A model generated the notes under the pieces. It was not told where the DNA came from. It worked only from the letters and a program-made list of their open reading frames with translations, and did no database searches. Below are positions 61,199 through 64,000 of a stretch of 64,000 nucleotides of DNA, piece by piece (position 1 is the first letter of the stretch; each line of letters opens with the position of its first letter). This DNA is from Paraspadella gotoi. Its lineage: Eukaryota; Animalia; Chaetognatha. Location: positions 21,728,286 to 21,792,285 of the forward strand of contig CM119267.1 in NCBI GenBank assembly GCA_051294375.1, read 5' to 3'. The position numbers and the translations under genes were made by a program.

Positions 61199-63989
61199 AC
61201 CTTCCATTGATGAGAAGGCCGAGTCGGTCAGTCTTGCTGATTTGTTCGTTGGCGTAAGGTTCGCCCGGATACATGGAGAGGACGACGGCGTATTCGTCGT
61301 GGACGAGTTTGCTGAAGACGTTGCGCGGGACGTTGATGGGCTTGAAGAGAGCCTTGAAGGGGGTTCGGTGTTGTATGTTTAATATCATTTGCATATTGCA
61401 GTAATTAATAATAATAATAATAATAGTAAAGCGTTTTGTTGTTTTTAATTGCTCTATCAATACAACTTAATGTTAATTATCTTTATTAAGTTAAAAATTA
61501 AACAAAATAAACAACTAATGGTCTCGAGGATAGTTAGAAGTGTAGATTCATTTAAATAGACACTTGAAATGGTCAAAGATAAATTATGATTAAAATGAAT
61601 TTTAATTAATCAAATTAATAAAATTTAATATCTTTTATTGGAACGTCGCGTTCCCTTCCGATTCGGAAGATAAAGATTGAAAATATTCTGCCATTTTATC
61701 GATTTCGTTGAACAATAAAAATGAATTAACTATTATCTTTTATTCCCTTTTAGTCACTATTTAGTTTTCATATTGAAAATAAGCTTTCTAAATAAATGTG
61801 CAACATCGATATTGTTTCATGCTCAACTGAGGTAATTCCGGAATTGCCATACCATACCATACCATACCATACCATACCATACCATACCTGGTACACGTCC
61901 TCTAACTCTTGCGCGAACTTGAGCGGCCTGAGTCGGTAAAGAACCAGAATCGTCTGGATAAAGTTGACGATGAGGAAGACGAAATTCCAAGAGAAGACGT
62001 CGGGGGCGCAGACGATGACCCAAGACCAGGAGGACATCAGGAGGAAGGCTGAGGGGGTGTTGAAGAGGGGTTGAGGGGTGGTTGAGGGGGGTAGAGGGGG
62101 GTGAAAGGGTTGGAAGGAATGGTCCCAAAAGCCAAAACATGGGGGCGGAGTTATATGGATGGAGAAGTTTTTTTGACATCTTTATGTCGTCGTTGTTATT
62201 GTTGATTTTGGAGAAATATATATTTCTTGGTCGATGGCCTTTGATGCCATTTGTTTGAGTTTTTTTTTTTTTTTTTTTGAATGAGTGGAAAAAGAGAAAA
62301 GAGAAGATATTTGACCGTATTATTCAAAAGTGGTTTGATAAATTATTAGGGTTAAATATTTCAAATATTATTTGGGTTGAAATAAAGTTACTAAGAGAAA
62401 TTGGGTGGCTTTAGAAATATTCCTAGTACAAAGAAAAGTGAAACTAAGGAACAACGAAAGAAAAAAATTAAAAGAAAGAAGAAAAAAAAAGAAAGAAAGA
62501 AAGAAAGAAAGAAAGAGCGACATTGAGGCGTCATGGTGTCGAAAAAGGAAATGAGTCGAACCTAAGCCCAAGACACTTTTTAAGTCTCCTATTCTCTCTC
62601 TTTTCGCCTCTTTTAATTTATGGAGCGATGAGGGGATTTTGATGAGAAGGAATTTTTTTTAAGTGAATAAGTAATTGGGGTCGAAAGAGAAAGAGAGAGA
62701 GAGAGAGGGAGAGATAAATTAGGGGAAAAGTGGGGAAAAGTGTAGAAAGGAGAAAATAGTGAAGAGAAAAACGAAGTAAGAAAGGAAGCTGAAGGATAAA
62801 AAGTTGGATAGATTAAAAAGAGTAATAGGAGAAGGGAAGGGTGACATAAACAAGAAGCAAATTAAAAAAAAAATAGTTAAAATAAAATATAAATAAAACC
62901 ATATATGTGGATCCAGATTAACTTAATACTTGGTTAAAATGGTTGAGAAGGAATGAAAAGGGGAAAAGAACTGAGCAACTAAAGTCCAACTGACTCTAGA
63001 AAGTTAAGACTTAAGGGCGCAAAAAGGAAAAAAAGAAAATTTTTGGCGTGAAAAACGAGGCTCCAATTAAGGGGAGGAAAGGATGAGGAAAAACCGTCTT
63101 TTGTTCTCCCTGAGGACAGATTAAGGAGAGGATAAAAGAGGCTGATGGAGAACATCGCTCACTTTTTTTCTCCCCTCTTCTCTTTTTTTTGGTCTTATTT
63201 TCCGAGAATGCCCCATTTTATCTTAAGTTCGGAATTAGATTAATTGTTTTTAATTAAAAATTAGGTTGGAGGTTAGAGATAGGGTAAGGGACGTAGTTTT
63301 AAGGTTAGGGGTTAGGGTTATAAATTTGGGACAAGGGTTTAGGTATAGGGTTAGAGGTTAGGGTTATAAATTGGATTAGGTTAGAGATAGGGTTTAAGGT
63401 TAAGGATTAAGGTTAGGGATTAGGTTATAAGTCAATACAATTTAGGTTAAATGTTAAAGTTAAAATTAAATTCTGGGGTAAACAATAGAAATGGGGCACT
63501 CTCGGAAAAGAGGGCCCTAATTTTTTTGGGCCATACGACTCTTCCATTTTCTTTTTATTTCTCTGCTTTTTTCTTCTTTTTTTCTTTTTCTTCCCTTTCT
63601 TTCTTTTTTTTTTTTTCCAGTGCGTTCCGTCGTTTCTTTCCGGTTGTTAGATGCGACAGATTCCCTTTTCTTAAAAATTTTATTAAGATAATTGTCAAGA
63701 TAAATATACATTGTGTCCATTTTTTTTTTAATAAAATTTTGTTGTCAATTTCGAACTTAATTTAATTAACTTAATTTAATTTTGTCACTCGAAAATATTC
63801 ATATATAAATTTATAAATTTTAATCAAGCGCAACCAACTATGTAAAGTTACGATCGTTTATAGCCACTTACAGAGAACGAGCACGCCGTGAAAGCAGAGC
63901 GTTCCGATTGTGCCGATGGGAGCCAAGTTGGCCACCAGCTGACAGCAACAGCCCAACTGGAACAGATAGTGCTGGCTCTCGATCCAATC
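58183..63989 (-). CDS. bves: Popeye domain-containing protein (BVES/POPDC family, cAMP-binding membrane protein); start lies beyond the window end
   Basis: Phase-compatible exons 63872-63989, 61888-62048, 61201-61352, 60751-60875, 60190-60329, 58345-58485 and tentative 58183-58245. The translation includes W..SQHYLFQL, W.W..VCAPDVFSWN, LYRLRPLKFAQELEDVYQALFKP, YANEQISKTDRLGLLING, FLDSPEF, YQVTITA, CKYILWRRESL and IGRDIAGKLYSLND. Confidence 0.93.
58345..58485 (-). CDS. bves: Popeye protein C-terminal exon
   Basis: ttcag|AAA...AAG|gttag; KMREELHVTVRLPSQTTVVALPMDIRMSLATGLGINFADRRVMRKCK. Confidence 0.75.
59289..59577. mobile_element. MITE-like family copy, in Popeye intron
   Basis: Imperfect terminal inverted repeats ggcactattttccttaagcgcccgattt / aaatgtggtactttgggaaaatatggcc, with internal degenerate taaccc hexamers. 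Confidence 0.55.
60190..60329 (-). CDS. bves: Popeye protein exon
   Basis: ttcag|CT...AAG|gtttga; AQSHCKYILWRRESLEYLLVKEPYIKDVLSLIIGRDIAGKLYSLNDK. Confidence 0.92.
60751..60875 (-). CDS. bves: Popeye protein exon (phosphate-binding cassette)
   Basis: cgcag|G...ACA G|gtgcgg; RCTVTHKQQYLHSVHAKEFLDSPEFESSHGQSIDDKYQVTIT. Confidence 0.93.
61201..61352 (-). CDS. bves: Popeye protein exon
   Basis: tcaag|GCT...GGA AG|gttag; ALFKPINVPRNVFSKLVHDEYAVVLSMYPGEPYANEQISKTDRLGLLING. Confidence 0.92.
61888..62048 (-). CDS. bves: Popeye protein exon (TM2-TM3)
   Basis: ctcag|CC...CAG|gtatgg; SFLLMSSWSWVIVCAPDVFSWNFVFLIVNFIQTILVLYRLRPLKFAQELEDVYQ. Confidence 0.93.
63191..63516. mobile_element. MITE-like element with ~28-bp terminal inverted repeats and internal telomere-like (TTAGGG/TTAAGG) tract
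   Basis: ttttccgagaatgccccattt pairs with aaatggggcactctcggaaaa (1 mismatch in 21), extending imperfectly to GG...CC ends. Confidence 0.7.
63872..63989 (-). CDS. bves: Popeye protein exon (TM1-TM2)
   Basis: cgcag|GAT...CTC T|gtaagt; DWIESQHYLFQLGCCCQLVANLAPIGTIGTLCFHGVLVL. Confidence 0.88.
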
Positions 63990-64000
63990 CTGCGAGGGGG

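Noticed and set aside
63255-63470. True telomere or chromosome-fusion site
   Set aside because: The hexamers are highly degenerate, intronic and enclosed by terminal inverted repeats shared with other dispersed copies.

Overview
Eukaryotic (invertebrate animal) genomic scaffold, AT- and microsatellite-rich, with spliceosomal GT-AG genes and no prokaryotic features. Main contents: (1) a Ty3/Gypsy LTR retrotransposon of CsRn1-like type on the minus strand (~9508-17920), with an intact pol ORF, a CHCC-type Gag knuckle, a G_GGA_AAC -1 frameshift site plus GC stem-loop, ~310-bp LTRs, a polypurine tract (PPT) and a probable tRNA-Trp primer-binding site (PBS); (2) a ~20.6-kb fold-back palindrome (16580-37237) whose centre lies on a 16-bp self-complementary motif of a 43-bp tandem repeat, with indel-riddled arms that most likely represent one unpolished long read; (3) the 3' ten exons of a single-pass leucine-rich-repeat (LRR) membrane protein with a Toll-like ectodomain but no TIR domain (37980-41400, +); (4) a Popeye-domain (BVES/POPDC) gene (58183-63989, -); (5) a 71-aa two-hydrophobic-segment ORF next to a perfect 70-bp hairpin related to a local ~320-bp tandem repeat; (6) a recurring MITE-like family filled with telomere-like hexamers, and HINE/Helentron-like short elements; (7) a 4.8-kb tandem duplication (48451-57941) that is probably an assembly artefact. 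All calls come from manual reading and translation, with no database searches. I found no convincing wholly new biological system. The best leads are the palindrome centre, the TIR-less Toll-like receptor, the frameshift/Gag variant and the MITE and hairpin families.
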